In this document: one piece after another, positions 9,357-18,804 of the stretch
Layout: each line of letters opens with the position of its first letter
Position numbering within the stretch: position 1 is the stretch's first letter
DNA from: Patescibacteria group bacterium
GTDB taxonomy: Bacteria > Patescibacteriota > Minisyncoccia > Phycocordibacterales > PALSA-1337
Length of the DNA stretch: 64,000 bases
Reading direction: 5' to 3'
Assembly: GCA_018971685.1 (NCBI GenBank)
Contig: JAGXAG010000001.1
Span: 19,162-83,161 of the forward strand
The notes under the pieces: model-generated
Databases searched by the model: none
The model's input: the letters and a program-made list of their open reading frames with translations, nothing else
Told to the model about the DNA's origin: nothing
Translations under genes and position numbers: made by a program

Positions 9357-11912
9357 TCACTTCAGCTCGCCCCAATTATCACCGACGCTCTCATGTGCCG
9401 CCAATATTATCCCTTTCGTATTCTTCGGATCAACAACCGACTCCATGATCCGTTTTATTTCCTTGGCAACCGTTTCAACTTTATCTTCTCTGATTTCGTA
9501 GATCAATTCATCGTGCACTTGCAATAACGGAAAAACTCCGCCGCCTGGATTTTCACACTCCAAATATTCATCGATCTTGACCATGGCCAGCTTGATAATA
9601 TCGGCTTCGGTACCTTGGATCGGCGCGTTGATTGCCATGCGTTCGGCCTGCGCTTTGATATAGGGGATTTTCGAATTTATGCCCTCGAAGTATCTGCGCC
9701 GCCCGAACAAGGTCTCCGTGTAACCGCGGCGCGCCGTTTCTTCCTTGATCTTGTCCAAATAAGAAGCCAGCGTGGCAAATTCCGCAAAGTAATCATTCAA
9801 GAACTTTTGCGCATCTTCCCTGCTCGCGCCCAGATTTTGCTTCAAGGCCAAGACGCCCATGCCGTATATGATGCCGAAATTGATCACTTTCGCCCGGCGT
9901 CTCATTTCCGGCGTAACATTTTCCGGCTTTACCTTGAATGTGAAGGCGGCCACGGCGGTATGGACATCTTCGCCTTTTCTGAAAATATCGATCAGTTTTT
10001 TATCACCCGACAGAAACGCTGCGATGCGTAACTCCATCTGTGAATAGTCGAAAGCCGCCAACTTGAACCCCCTCTCGGCGACAAACGCATATCTGATCGC
10101 CTTGCCGAGTTCCGATTTGACCGGAATGTTTTGCAGATTGGGATTTTCCGACGCCATGCGGCCGGTCGCCGCGCCGCTCTGGATGAAATGCGTGTGCAAT
10201 CTGTCGTTTCCATCCAGCAGCGGCGGTATGGCGTCGATATATGTAGACAACAATTTCGACAACTCACGGTAATCAAATATCATCGGCACCACCGGGTGCA
10301 TATCACGCATCTTTTCCAGCTCCGATTCGCGTGTCGACCGCGCGCCGCCGGCCGTTTTCTTGCCGTTTTTTATCTTCAGCCCCAGCTTGTCGAACAAAAA
10401 TTCGCCCAGCTGCTTCGGCGAGTTTATGTTGAATTCCCCGCCCGCCGCGTCCCAAATCTTCTTTTCGATCATTTCCAACTCGGCGTGGTATTTCTCCGAC
10501 AGTTTTTTCAGCGCGTTTTTGTCGACTTTTATGCCGCGCTGTTCCATCTTGCGCAATACCGGCGCAAGCGGCCGTTCGATCTCATTGTATATTTTACGCT
10601 GGCCGCTTTTATCCAATTCATCGAATATCACTTTTTTGGCTTCATTTAAGTTTTTCACGCCCGTAAAATTCATAATATCTTCCAACTTTGGGTTTGTCAT
10701 ATTGGAATTCACCAGCCATAAGGCGAGCGCCGCCTGTTCGAATTCGCCTTCGTTCGCCGACGCCTTCCGCAAATGAGACCCCTCGAGTTCCGCGACTCTG
10801 CCGCGAAGCAATCCGTCGCCGCGTTTCCCAACCGACAAGTCCGTGCATGTCCGAGAGGACTTGTCGGTTGTGGAAACGCCGACGGTTGCGAGCGGCATTC
10901 GCGAAACTCGAGGGGTCTCATTTGCGGAAGGCGCGGCGCCGGCGAAAGTTGATGAAATGCCAACAGCCTTTTCAAGCCTCTGCGGCAATGTCCGGAACTC
11001 CAATTCGCGCCACAGTGTATTGATTTTCTCCAAATCAAGTCCTTCCTTGAAAGATTTGTCCGGCAGCGAAAATTTGATGGGTGCGTCACGGCGAATCGTC
11101 GCCAGCATTTTACTGAATTCGGCGTCTTCTTTGCTCTCTTTCAATATCTTTAAAAGCCGCGGCGTCAGTCCGGCCTTCTTAAACTTTTCATCATGTCCGG
11201 ATTCCAATTCTCGGTAAATATCATCAATCCCGCCAAAAACGGTTATAAGAGCTGTGGCTGTTTTCTCGCCTATGCCCGCCACGCCAGGAATATTGTCCGA
11301 CGGATCGCCCCGCAGGCCTTTGTAGTCCGGAATCAATTCCGGACCAAAACCGAAACGCTTTCTCACCGCGTTCTCGTCGTACATGATCGTGTCGTTTATG
11401 CCTTTTTTGAGGGTATAAACCTTAACATCTTCGCCGTGAATTAATTGCATGGTATCCATGTCGCCGGAGGCAATAACGATCTCAACTCCATTGTTAGTCT
11501 CCTCCGCCGTCTCGACGAGAGAGGTGGTGGCCAACTGATGAACAATAGTCCCGATAATGTCATCGGCTTCAAAACCCTGCGCATCATATATGGGAATACC
11601 GAGTGCCGCAAAGATATCACGAGAACGAATGATTTGCGCGATGAGATCATCCTCTGTTTTTTTGCGGCCGGCTTTGTATTCTTTGTAAACTTCATGGCGA
11701 TATGTTGGACCTTTGACATCGTAACAGGCGATCATGTAATCCGGCTTCAAATCCTCGATGATTTTTATGAGCATGGTCGAAAGCCCGTAAATCGCGCCCG
11801 TCGGTTCACCCTTTTTAGTCGCGAAATCCGGCAAGGCGTGATAAGCGCGGTGGAGGATCGCGTGGGCGTCGAGCAATACCAAGCGTTTTTTGCCTTGAAT
11901 GGTTTGCGGCAT
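9357..11912 (-). CDS. polA: DNA polymerase I (5'-3' exonuclease plus polymerase domain; no 3'-5' exonuclease domain; palindromic in-frame insert at the domain junction)
   Basis: N-terminal FEN/5'-nuclease motifs (LVLLDAHAILHRAYHAL, EADDIIGT). C-terminal family-A pol motifs (RRRAKVINFGIIYGM, QVHDELIYE). 851 aa. Confidence 0.9.
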   Translation of the reverse strand: MPQTIQGKKRLVLLDAHAILHRAYHALPDFATKKGEPTGAIYGLSTMLIKIIEDLKPDYMIACYDVKGPTYRHEVYKEYKAGRKKTEDDLIAQIIRSRDIFAALGIPIYDAQGFEADDIIGTIVHQLATTSLVETAEETNNGVEIVIASGDMDTMQLIHGEDVKVYTLKKGINDTIMYDENAVRKRFGFGPELIPDYKGLRGDPSDNIPGVAGIGEKTATALITVFGGIDDIYRELESGHDEKFKKAGLTPRLLKILKESKEDAEFSKMLATIRRDAPIKFSLPDKSFKEGLDLEKINTLWRELEFRTLPQRLEKAVGISSTFAGAAPSANETPRVSRMPLATVGVSTTDKSSRTCTDLSVGKRGDGLLRGRVAELEGSHLRKASANEGEFEQAALALWLVNSNMTNPKLEDIMNFTGVKNLNEAKKVIFDELDKSGQRKIYNEIERPLAPVLRKMEQRGIKVDKNALKKLSEKYHAELEMIEKKIWDAAGGEFNINSPKQLGEFLFDKLGLKIKNGKKTAGGARSTRESELEKMRDMHPVVPMIFDYRELSKLLSTYIDAIPPLLDGNDRLHTHFIQSGAATGRMASENPNLQNIPVKSELGKAIRYAFVAERGFKLAAFDYSQMELRIAAFLSGDKKLIDIFRKGEDVHTAVAAFTFKVKPENVTPEMRRRAKVINFGIIYGMGVLALKQNLGASREDAQKFLNDYFAEFATLASYLDKIKEETARRGYTETLFGRRRYFEGINSKIPYIKAQAERMAINAPIQGTEADIIKLAMVKIDEYLECENPGGGVFPLLQVHDELIYEIREDKVETVAKEIKRIMESVVDPKNTKGIILAAHESVGDNWGELK
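10763..10931. repeat. 169-bp imperfect palindrome inside polA (27-bp perfect outer arms 10763-10789 / 10905-10931; 14-bp inner arms 10829-10842 / 10857-10870), kept in frame
   Basis: The outer arms (CCTTCCGCAAATGAGACCCCTCGAGTT and its reverse complement) were read directly. The six-frame track shows open frames on both strands across it. Confidence 0.7.
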
Positions 11913-11981
11913 GACTTTATCTTACACCATCAAGCGGTTGTTGCGCATTACGCGCAAGTCGGATCCGCACATCCGTGTCCA

Positions 11982-11990
11982 TGGTATAAT
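11982..11990 (+). promoter_or_regulatory. extended -10 promoter element TGGTATAAT about 9 nt upstream of the pilB ATG (leaderless or near-leaderless)
   Basis: TGnTATAAT consensus match. No Shine-Dalgarno between it and the start. Confidence 0.35.
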
Positions 11991-11999
11991 AATAATGAC

Positions 12000-13673
12000 A
12001 TGACCATCACTTTTGACGAAGACAAACAGAAGCGCAGGTTGAGTGAACTACACCTGAAAGAAGAAGAGGATCTGGTGCAATTGCTGTCGGCAAAATACGG
12101 TGTGGAGTATGTGAACCTTGCGAGTACGCCGATAAATGCCGACGCCCTGAGACTGATCAGTGAAGCGTCGGCGCGCGAAGCTCAAGCGGCCGCTTGGAGC
12201 ATAGTAGACAAAAAGGTCAAAGTAGCGGCGCGCAATCCGCAATCAGAGAAGACACGAGCCATTATTGACGAACTAAAAACCAAGGGATACCAGCCAGAAT
12301 TATATATATCCTCGATGCACGGCTTGGAAAAGGCATGGGATACTTATAAAGACTTGTCTTTCGCTTATGAAAGCCGGGCCGGTTCGCTCGAAATATCAAA
12401 CGAAGAGATCGCGGCGATCGTTGAACAGGCGAAAAGTTTGCCGACCATCGTCTCGATATTGGAAAACACTCTCGCCGCCAAGAAAAGTTATCGTGTGTCG
12501 CGAATTTTGGAAACGATCATCGCCGGCGCATTGGCTACGGACGCTTCGGATATACATTTGGAGCCAGAGGAAAGCTATGTTCGGCTCAGATACAGAATGG
12601 ACGGCGTGCTTCAAGATGTCATCCGATTCGACAACGATACTTACGGCCTGCTGTTGTCGAGAATAAAACTGCTTTCCGGCATGAAACTGAACATCAAAAA
12701 GGACTCCCAGGACGGCCGTTTCAGCATAAGGTTGCCGATCGGTGACATTGAAGTCCGCGCGTCCGTGCTTCCCGGCGCTTACAACGAATCGATCGTCTTG
12801 CGCCTGCTAAATCCGAAAACCATAAACATTCCGCTCGAAGAACTGGGCATAAACCGCAAATTACTAGATATTTTGCTAGATGAAATAACCCGACCGGATG
12901 GCATGATCCTGACTACCGGCCCGACCGGTTCCGGAAAAACAACAACTCTCTACGCTTTTTTGAAGAAAGTCTACGATCCCGGCGTGAAAATAATAACCAT
13001 CGAAGATCCTATTGAATATCACTTGCCGGGAATCGTCCAAACACAGGTCAACGACAAAGGCTACAATTTCCTGGAAGGTCTCCGCGCGGCAGTTCGCCAA
13101 GATCCGGATATTATAATGGTCGGTGAAATCAGAGATAACGAAACCGCCAACATTGCCCTCAATTCTGCCCTGACCGGACACCTCGTATTCTCGACCCTTC
13201 ACACCAATGACGCCGCAGGCACTTTCCCCCGCCTGGTTGATCTCGGCGTAAATTCAACGATTATCCCGTCGGCGCTTCGGGTCTCAATGGCACAACGGCT
13301 GGTCAGGCGCCTGTGCGATCATTGCAAGAAAGAAAAGCCCGTCGAGGGTGAATCGAAACGAGAAATCGACTTGACGATTGAATCGATCGAGGACAAATCG
13401 CTTGTGCCTCCGGAACATTCCAGAATGTGGACGGCCGTAGGTTGTGATAAGTGCAATCATACCGGCTACAAAGGCCGCATAGGCATATATGAGGCTATTT
13501 TAATGAACGAGCAGATCGAGCGCTCGATCCAATCCGGCGCTAGTAATCGCGATATCTGGCTTGCCGCCAAAGGTCAAGGCATTCTCACCATGAAGCAAGA
13601 TGGGATATTGAAAGTCCTGGCCGGAATTACTTCTTTTGAGGAATTGCAGAGGGTCATTGCGCTCGAAGATTAA
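12000..13673 (+). CDS. pilB: type IV pilus / type II secretion assembly ATPase (GspE/PilB family)
   Basis: Start at MTITFDEDK, in frame inside track ORF 11445..13673. Walker A TGPTGSGKTTT. C-terminal CDHC...CDKC Cys4 cluster. GspE N-terminal domain. Confidence 0.85.
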   Translation: MTITFDEDKQKRRLSELHLKEEEDLVQLLSAKYGVEYVNLASTPINADALRLISEASAREAQAAAWSIVDKKVKVAARNPQSEKTRAIIDELKTKGYQPELYISSMHGLEKAWDTYKDLSFAYESRAGSLEISNEEIAAIVEQAKSLPTIVSILENTLAAKKSYRVSRILETIIAGALATDASDIHLEPEESYVRLRYRMDGVLQDVIRFDNDTYGLLLSRIKLLSGMKLNIKKDSQDGRFSIRLPIGDIEVRASVLPGAYNESIVLRLLNPKTINIPLEELGINRKLLDILLDEITRPDGMILTTGPTGSGKTTTLYAFLKKVYDPGVKIITIEDPIEYHLPGIVQTQVNDKGYNFLEGLRAAVRQDPDIIMVGEIRDNETANIALNSALTGHLVFSTLHTNDAAGTFPRLVDLGVNSTIIPSALRVSMAQRLVRRLCDHCKKEKPVEGESKREIDLTIESIEDKSLVPPEHSRMWTAVGCDKCNHTGYKGRIGIYEAILMNEQIERSIQSGASNRDIWLAAKGQGILTMKQDGILKVLAGITSFEELQRVIALED

Positions 13674-13679
13674 CGCATT

Positions 13680-13708
13680 CCTACGCACCGGTCGGACCGG
13701 TGCGTAGG
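13680..13708. terminator. GC-rich palindromic element (CCTACGCACCGGTCGGACCGGTGCGTAGG), likely pilB terminator
   Basis: Perfect 14-bp arms, 7 nt after the pilB stop. Member of the repeat family. Confidence 0.55.
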
Positions 13709-13803
13709 AGTAATCCCCAGAAAAAGTTGCTTTTTAATGGGAGCGGCGGTAGTGTTGCGACAGAGATGCTCGAGAGCAAGAAAAGAGACGAAAAACGAGC
13801 CGG

Positions 13804-13951
13804 CGAATCTCTAAGCAATATCTCCCGGCGTGATGCCGGAAGTGAGGCAAGGCTTCGAGGATAGATCCAGTCATTTCTTCGTAAAAAAAGAAAACCAGAT
13901 CGTCCTTAACGCCGTGCCCGAACCTGAGTCAGGTCATTGCTTAGAGATTCG
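13804..13951. repeat. 16-bp perfect inverted repeat (CGAATCTCTAAGCAAT / ATTGCTTAGAGATTCG) enclosing about 115 bp with internal hairpins; candidate structured RNA or MITE
   Basis: Read directly from the 330-bp pilB-ruvB intergenic region. Confidence 0.4.
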
Positions 13952-14005
13952 CAAGCTCGTAAATTTATCACAATTTCTCTAACATGCTAGCATATCTATA
14001 TTAAA

Positions 14006-15037
14006 ATGTCAAGAAGTTCAAAAGATGCCGGCGGCAACCAAAAAAATGAACGGGATGACAACAAAGAAACCGGATTCCTCGATCAAACTCTGCGCCCATC
14101 TCGTTGGGATGATTATATCGGACAAAAAGGCGTCAAAAACAACTTACACATACTTCTGACTGCCGCAAAAGAGCGCAATCATCCCCCTGAACACATTCTC
14201 TTTTACGGTCCGCCGGGTTTAGGCAAGACCACCCTTGCAAATCTCATCGCCAAGGAAACCCGGGCACAAATGAAAGTAACCTCCGGGCCGGCAATCATGA
14301 AGATCGGCGATCTGGCCGCCATCCTTACAAACTTATCGGCTGGAGATATTCTTTTCATCGATGAGATCCATCGGTTGAACAAAGCCATCGAGGAGGTACT
14401 GTATCCTGCCATGGAATCTGGGACGCTTGATATCATCATAGGCAAAGGGCCTTCGGCAAGGACGATACAGCTGGAACTTCCCCATTTCACACTGATCGCC
14501 GCCACCACTCGTATCGCCATGATATCATCGCCGCTGCGCTCACGCTTCTCCGGCGGCGTTTTCAAGCTTGAATTTTACTCCATTGCGGAGATTTCGCAAA
14601 TTATCCGCCGGTCAGCGAAAATTCTTGGCGTAGACATCGACGACGATGCTATTAACGAGATCGCCGCTCGTTCAAGATTCACGCCGCGTACAGCCAATTA
14701 TCACCTAAAAAGGTGTAGAGACTACGCACAAATAAACAAAACCGCTATAGACAAGAGATCTGTCCTGGGCGCTTTGGAAATGCTCGGTGTAGATTCTTTG
14801 GGACTGACAAGTGCTGACCGTGATATTTTACGGGTCATCATCCACAAATTCAACGGCGGCCCGGTCGGCCTGAATACCATTTCCGCCGCGCTTTCGGAGG
14901 AACAGGAAACTGTCGAAGAGGTATATGAACCGTACCTTATACAACTCGGCCTTCTGGAGCGTACTCCTCGCGGCCGGACCGCCACGCATAAAGCTTACGA
15001 ACACATCAGTGGGGATGGTGCCGGGATGTTGCTTTAA
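14006..15037 (+). CDS. ruvB: Holliday junction branch-migration helicase RuvB
   Basis: LFYGPPGLGKTTLA Walker A. AAA+ and winged-helix C-terminus typical of RuvB. Confidence 0.9.
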   Translation: MSRSSKDAGGNQKNERDDNKETGFLDQTLRPSRWDDYIGQKGVKNNLHILLTAAKERNHPPEHILFYGPPGLGKTTLANLIAKETRAQMKVTSGPAIMKIGDLAAILTNLSAGDILFIDEIHRLNKAIEEVLYPAMESGTLDIIIGKGPSARTIQLELPHFTLIAATTRIAMISSPLRSRFSGGVFKLEFYSIAEISQIIRRSAKILGVDIDDDAINEIAARSRFTPRTANYHLKRCRDYAQINKTAIDKRSVLGALEMLGVDSLGLTSADRDILRVIIHKFNGGPVGLNTISAALSEEQETVEEVYEPYLIQLGLLERTPRGRTATHKAYEHISGDGAGMLL

Positions 15038-15054
15038 TTGACAATGGTGAAAAC

Positions 15055-15522
15055 ATGAAAATCATCGGAATCGATCCCGGATACGACCGCTTGGGCATCG
15101 CGGTCGTAGAAAAACCGGAAAAAGGCAAAGAGGCGGTATTGTTCTCGGAGTGCTTTTCGACTTCTTCCGAAAAACCGATATACGAAAGATTGTTGGCGAT
15201 AGGAAACGAGGCGGCCGGAATATTGGACAAGTTCAAACCCAACGCCGTAGCGCTCGAAACTTTATTTATAACCAAGAATCAAAAAACCGCCATGCGCGTC
15301 GCCGAGGCGCGCGGTATTATTATTTACGAAGCTGTCAAAAGAAGCGTCCCTTTGTTTGAATACAGTCCAATGGAAATAAAAATGGCTGTTACCGGCGACG
15401 GAACCAGTGATAAGGCGCGCATGATAAAAATGGTCCACTTGTTGGTTCCGATAACGAAGAAGAAACACGACGACGAATATGACGCCATTGCGGTCGCGCT
15501 TACACATGCCGCCAGAACATGA
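15055..15522 (+). CDS. ruvC: Holliday junction resolvase RuvC
   Basis: MKIIGIDPGYDRLGIAVVE N-terminus. 155 aa. Confidence 0.85.
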   Translation: MKIIGIDPGYDRLGIAVVEKPEKGKEAVLFSECFSTSSEKPIYERLLAIGNEAAGILDKFKPNAVALETLFITKNQKTAMRVAEARGIIIYEAVKRSVPLFEYSPMEIKMAVTGDGTSDKARMIKMVHLLVPITKKKHDDEYDAIAVALTHAART

Positions 15523-15529
15523 TTACCGT

Positions 15530-15645
15530 CCATCCGCACAATGCGCCACCCTCCCTTCACTGGCTTCGCAAGACGGAGACGATGATCGAGATAACAAAAA
15601 CTCAACTTGAAGCCAGTGAATGGCGGCGGCGCCTTGTGCGGATGG
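15530..15645. repeat. long imperfect palindrome (about 37-bp arms) downstream of ruvC, followed by a consensus DnaA box
   Basis: CCATCCGCACAATGCGCC...TTCACTGGCTTC pairs with GAAGCCAGTGAA...GGCGCCTTGTGCGGATGG. Confidence 0.45.
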
Positions 15646-15653
15646 GGATGTGG

Positions 15654-15662
15654 TTATCCACA
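15654..15662 (+). promoter_or_regulatory. perfect DnaA box TTATCCACA
   Basis: Exact match to the 9-mer consensus, within the TGTGGTTATCCACA context. Confidence 0.4.
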
Positions 15663-15746
15663 GTTTTATAATTGTACATATTGCCAAGTTTTTATCGCTT
15701 TGCTACAAATTAATCGTTTCGGTATTACAAGTTAAAAACAGCTGCC

Positions 15747-15962
15747 GTGTCCAGAGTAAAAGAAAAAACAAAAAACGCAACGATGGGTGACAGTATCGAT
15801 GAAATAAAAAAGCCGATAGATATCATTGAGATCGATGATGTCGTCGAGGAAAAGCTGGTCGATGCCGTATTGGACGAAGACGACATGGCGTCTGACAATG
15901 ACGAATCTGACGAAATAGACAGTGATATACTTGACTCTCTTCGTGATGAGTGGGAAAGTTAG
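15747..15962 (+). CDS. hypothetical highly acidic small protein (71 aa) upstream of and coupled to the PBP gene
   Basis: ORF ends 4 nt before the PBP1A start. D/E-rich sequence. Confidence 0.35.
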   Translation: MSRVKEKTKNATMGDSIDEIKKPIDIIEIDDVVEEKLVDAVLDEDDMASDNDESDEIDSDILDSLRDEWES

Positions 15963-15965
15963 CTC

Positions 15966-18497
15966 ATGGCCAAACGCCGAACCAAAAAGTATCGTGTGAT
16001 CCGTTCCGCAATCATTCTCATGGTCTCGTCAGTACTCGTTGCTACCGGCGGCGGTGCTTTGTGGGTGGCAACGCTCAAAATGCCGGATCTGAACACTTTC
16101 GATACCAGGGTTGTGGCCCAGTCGACTAAAATATACGACCGTACCGGCACAATACTCCTTTATGATATCAACACCGACGCAAAAAGAACCGTGGTACCGC
16201 TTTCTGATATCTCTCCATACATACAAAAGGCCACTGTCGCCATTGAAGACTCGAATTTTTATACCAATATCGGCATCGAGCCGACCGCCATATTGCGCGC
16301 CTTTGTGGCCGATATATTTTCCGGCGGATTTAGCCAGGGAGCTTCGACAATAACACAACAGGTAGTCAAAAATTCCCTGCTGACCCAAGATAAGACCATT
16401 ACAAGGAAGATCAAGGAGCTTATCTTATCAATAAAATTGACGCGAATGATGAGTAAAGATCAAATATTGCAGACTTATTTGAACGAATCGCCGTACGGCG
16501 GCACCATATACGGAGTCGAGGAGGCTAGTCAATCATTCTTCGGTAAACCTGCGAAAGACGACACCTTAGCGGAAGCGGCCTATTTGGCGGCTATACCGCA
16601 GGCGCCAACATATTACTCGCCATACGGATTGCATTTAGATGATCTTAAGGCCAGACAGCGATTGGTCCTTCAGAGGATGAAAGAACTCAACATGATCTCT
16701 GCCGACGAATACAACTCGGCTCTGGCGGAAAATGTAAAGTTCCTTTCGAAAAATTCATCCGGGATAAGGGCACCTCACTTTGTAATGATGGTAAGAGATT
16801 ATCTGGCGCAAAAATACGGCGAGGACGCGGTAAACAACGGCGGTTTGCGCGTCATAACCACTTTGAACATGGACATGCAACAAAAGATGGAGCAGACGGT
16901 CGCCAAATTCGCTCCGACTTTGGCGCAAAATTATAATGCCAGCAATACCGCCATGGTCGCTATAGACCCAAAAACAGGTGATGTGTTGGCGTTGATGGGT
17001 TCGCGTGATTATTTTGACCCATCAATAGACGGCAATTACAATGTTGCTTTGGGTTTAAGACAGCCGGGCTCAACATTCAAACCGTTTGTGTATGCCACGG
17101 CTTTCAAAAAAGGCTACACGCCAGATACGGCATTATTCGATGTGCGCACAGAATTTTCTACAAAGTGTACTCCGGATGGAAAACCCATCAACCCGACAGA
17201 TGACCCGAAAAAAGTTTGCTACTCGCCGGATGAATACGACAACAATTTCGAAGGCCCCATGACTATGAGATTTGCTCTTGCACAATCACGCAACATTCCG
17301 GCAGTAAAAACTCTTTACCTTGCGGGAATTCCAGATTCAATCCAAACAGCTAAAGATCTTGGTATTACCACGCTGACCGATCCCAACAGATACGGACTGA
17401 CGCTTGTTTTAGGTGGTGGTGAAGTGCGGCTTATAGACATGGTTAGCGCGTATGGTGTATTCGCCGATGACGGCGTCAGAAACCCGTGGAGAACTGTCCT
17501 CGAGGTAGATGATGCCAATGGAAATGTACTGGAAAAAGCAACAACTACCCCATCGCAAGTCCTTGATCAAAATATCGCCAGAGAAATATCCGACATACTT
17601 TCCGACAACAAGGTCCGCATGACCAGTTTGAAGCCCATAGCCAACAGTATAGGCCGCCAGGTAGCTTTAAAAACAGGCACGACCAATGACTACCGCGATG
17701 TTTGGACCATCGGTTATACGCCAAACCTGGTGGTGGGTGCGTGGGCCGGCAATAGCGACAACACACCAATGAGCCATAATATAGCCGGACTCATTATTAC
17801 GCCGCTCTGGGGTGCATATATGGACCAGGTGGCGCGTGATTTTCCTCCGGAAAACTTCCAGCCACCGGAACCGCAACCGGCAAATCTGAAGCCTACATTG
17901 AGAGGCATATGGCAAGGCGGCATATCGTATTGGAAAGACAAAATTTCTGGCAAAGTCGCTACAGAATACACTCCAAACGAAACAAAAGAGGAGGTTGTGT
18001 TCAATAGTGTTCACAGTATATTGAAATGGGTTGATCCTAACAATCCTACAGGGCCGATACCGGAACACCCTGAACAGGACCCGCAGTTTGCCAATTGGGA
18101 ATACGGCGTCCGTGACTGGTTCAAAACTTACCAGGCAGCCAATCCAGACTTCAAAGAGGCGTCTTCTTTTGATATACCAACCGCAACCGACGATGTTCAC
18201 ACCCCAGAAAAAGCTCCGAAAATAAGCGTAGTGTCTCCCGCAAACGGCACGACGGTTGATCCGCAAAAATTATTATCAGTACAGTTGAAAGATGATGGTG
18301 CTTACCCTCCGCAAAAAACAGATGTGTATGTAAACGGCAAGTTTGTGTTATCAGATTCTATCGACCCGTTAAATTTCTCGTTCGTGCCGGCGGATGTCGG
18401 CAACCTTTCTGATACCGGAAACACCTTATCGGTTATTCTTTACGATAGTGTTTTCAACAAAGACCAGGCTGTCATAAATTTCTCGATCAAAAAATAA
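15966..18497 (+). CDS. class A penicillin-binding protein (transglycosylase plus transpeptidase), PBP1A-type
   Basis: N-terminal TM. GT51 motifs (EDSNFY, GASTITQQ). Transpeptidase STFK and KTGTT motifs. C-terminal extension. Confidence 0.85.
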   Translation: MAKRRTKKYRVIRSAIILMVSSVLVATGGGALWVATLKMPDLNTFDTRVVAQSTKIYDRTGTILLYDINTDAKRTVVPLSDISPYIQKATVAIEDSNFYTNIGIEPTAILRAFVADIFSGGFSQGASTITQQVVKNSLLTQDKTITRKIKELILSIKLTRMMSKDQILQTYLNESPYGGTIYGVEEASQSFFGKPAKDDTLAEAAYLAAIPQAPTYYSPYGLHLDDLKARQRLVLQRMKELNMISADEYNSALAENVKFLSKNSSGIRAPHFVMMVRDYLAQKYGEDAVNNGGLRVITTLNMDMQQKMEQTVAKFAPTLAQNYNASNTAMVAIDPKTGDVLALMGSRDYFDPSIDGNYNVALGLRQPGSTFKPFVYATAFKKGYTPDTALFDVRTEFSTKCTPDGKPINPTDDPKKVCYSPDEYDNNFEGPMTMRFALAQSRNIPAVKTLYLAGIPDSIQTAKDLGITTLTDPNRYGLTLVLGGGEVRLIDMVSAYGVFADDGVRNPWRTVLEVDDANGNVLEKATTTPSQVLDQNIAREISDILSDNKVRMTSLKPIANSIGRQVALKTGTTNDYRDVWTIGYTPNLVVGAWAGNSDNTPMSHNIAGLIITPLWGAYMDQVARDFPPENFQPPEPQPANLKPTLRGIWQGGISYWKDKISGKVATEYTPNETKEEVVFNSVHSILKWVDPNNPTGPIPEHPEQDPQFANWEYGVRDWFKTYQAANPDFKEASSFDIPTATDDVHTPEKAPKISVVSPANGTTVDPQKLLSVQLKDDGAYPPQKTDVYVNGKFVLSDSIDPLNFSFVPADVGNLSDTGNTLSVILYDSVFNKDQAVINFSIKK

Positions 18498-18540
18498 TCT
18501 CCAGAAACACATTGTTTGACTTTCAAGTGTGTAAGTAAAA

Positions 18541-18801
18541 TTATTTTATATCTCTTATTTTATACAACTGTTGTGTTTTATTGATCAAAAAAACAATCGG
18601 TTGTTTTTTTATGAAAATTGCCGATCTGGCGGCTTGTGATATATCTTTGATGCTGATTATTCCGCCGCGAACGGAAATCGACTCGATTTTGACACCGAAC
18701 CCAACAATATCTCCGATCGCGCGTTGAACCGCCGAACGAAAAACAACTTCTTTCGCTTGGGCGTTTTGGAATTTCCCAAAAAACTCCTTTATGTTTAGCA
18801 T
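18541..18801 (-). CDS. DUF721/DciA-like small protein downstream of dnaN
   Basis: 86 aa. AVQRAIGDIVGFGVKIESI...GGIISIKD pattern resembles DUF721. DUF721 genes are commonly located at dnaA-dnaN loci. Confidence 0.35.
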   Translation of the reverse strand: MLNIKEFFGKFQNAQAKEVVFRSAVQRAIGDIVGFGVKIESISVRGGIISIKDISQAARSAIFIKKQPIVFLINKTQQLYKIRDIK

Positions 18802-18804
18802 GTT

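Noticed and set aside
10131-11217. Several 110-170-aa ORFs on both strands inside polA (10131..10649, 10688..11023, 10709..11089, 10843..11217)
   Set aside because: They lie in or around the palindromic insert, where both strands are open by symmetry. polA motifs fix the true frame.
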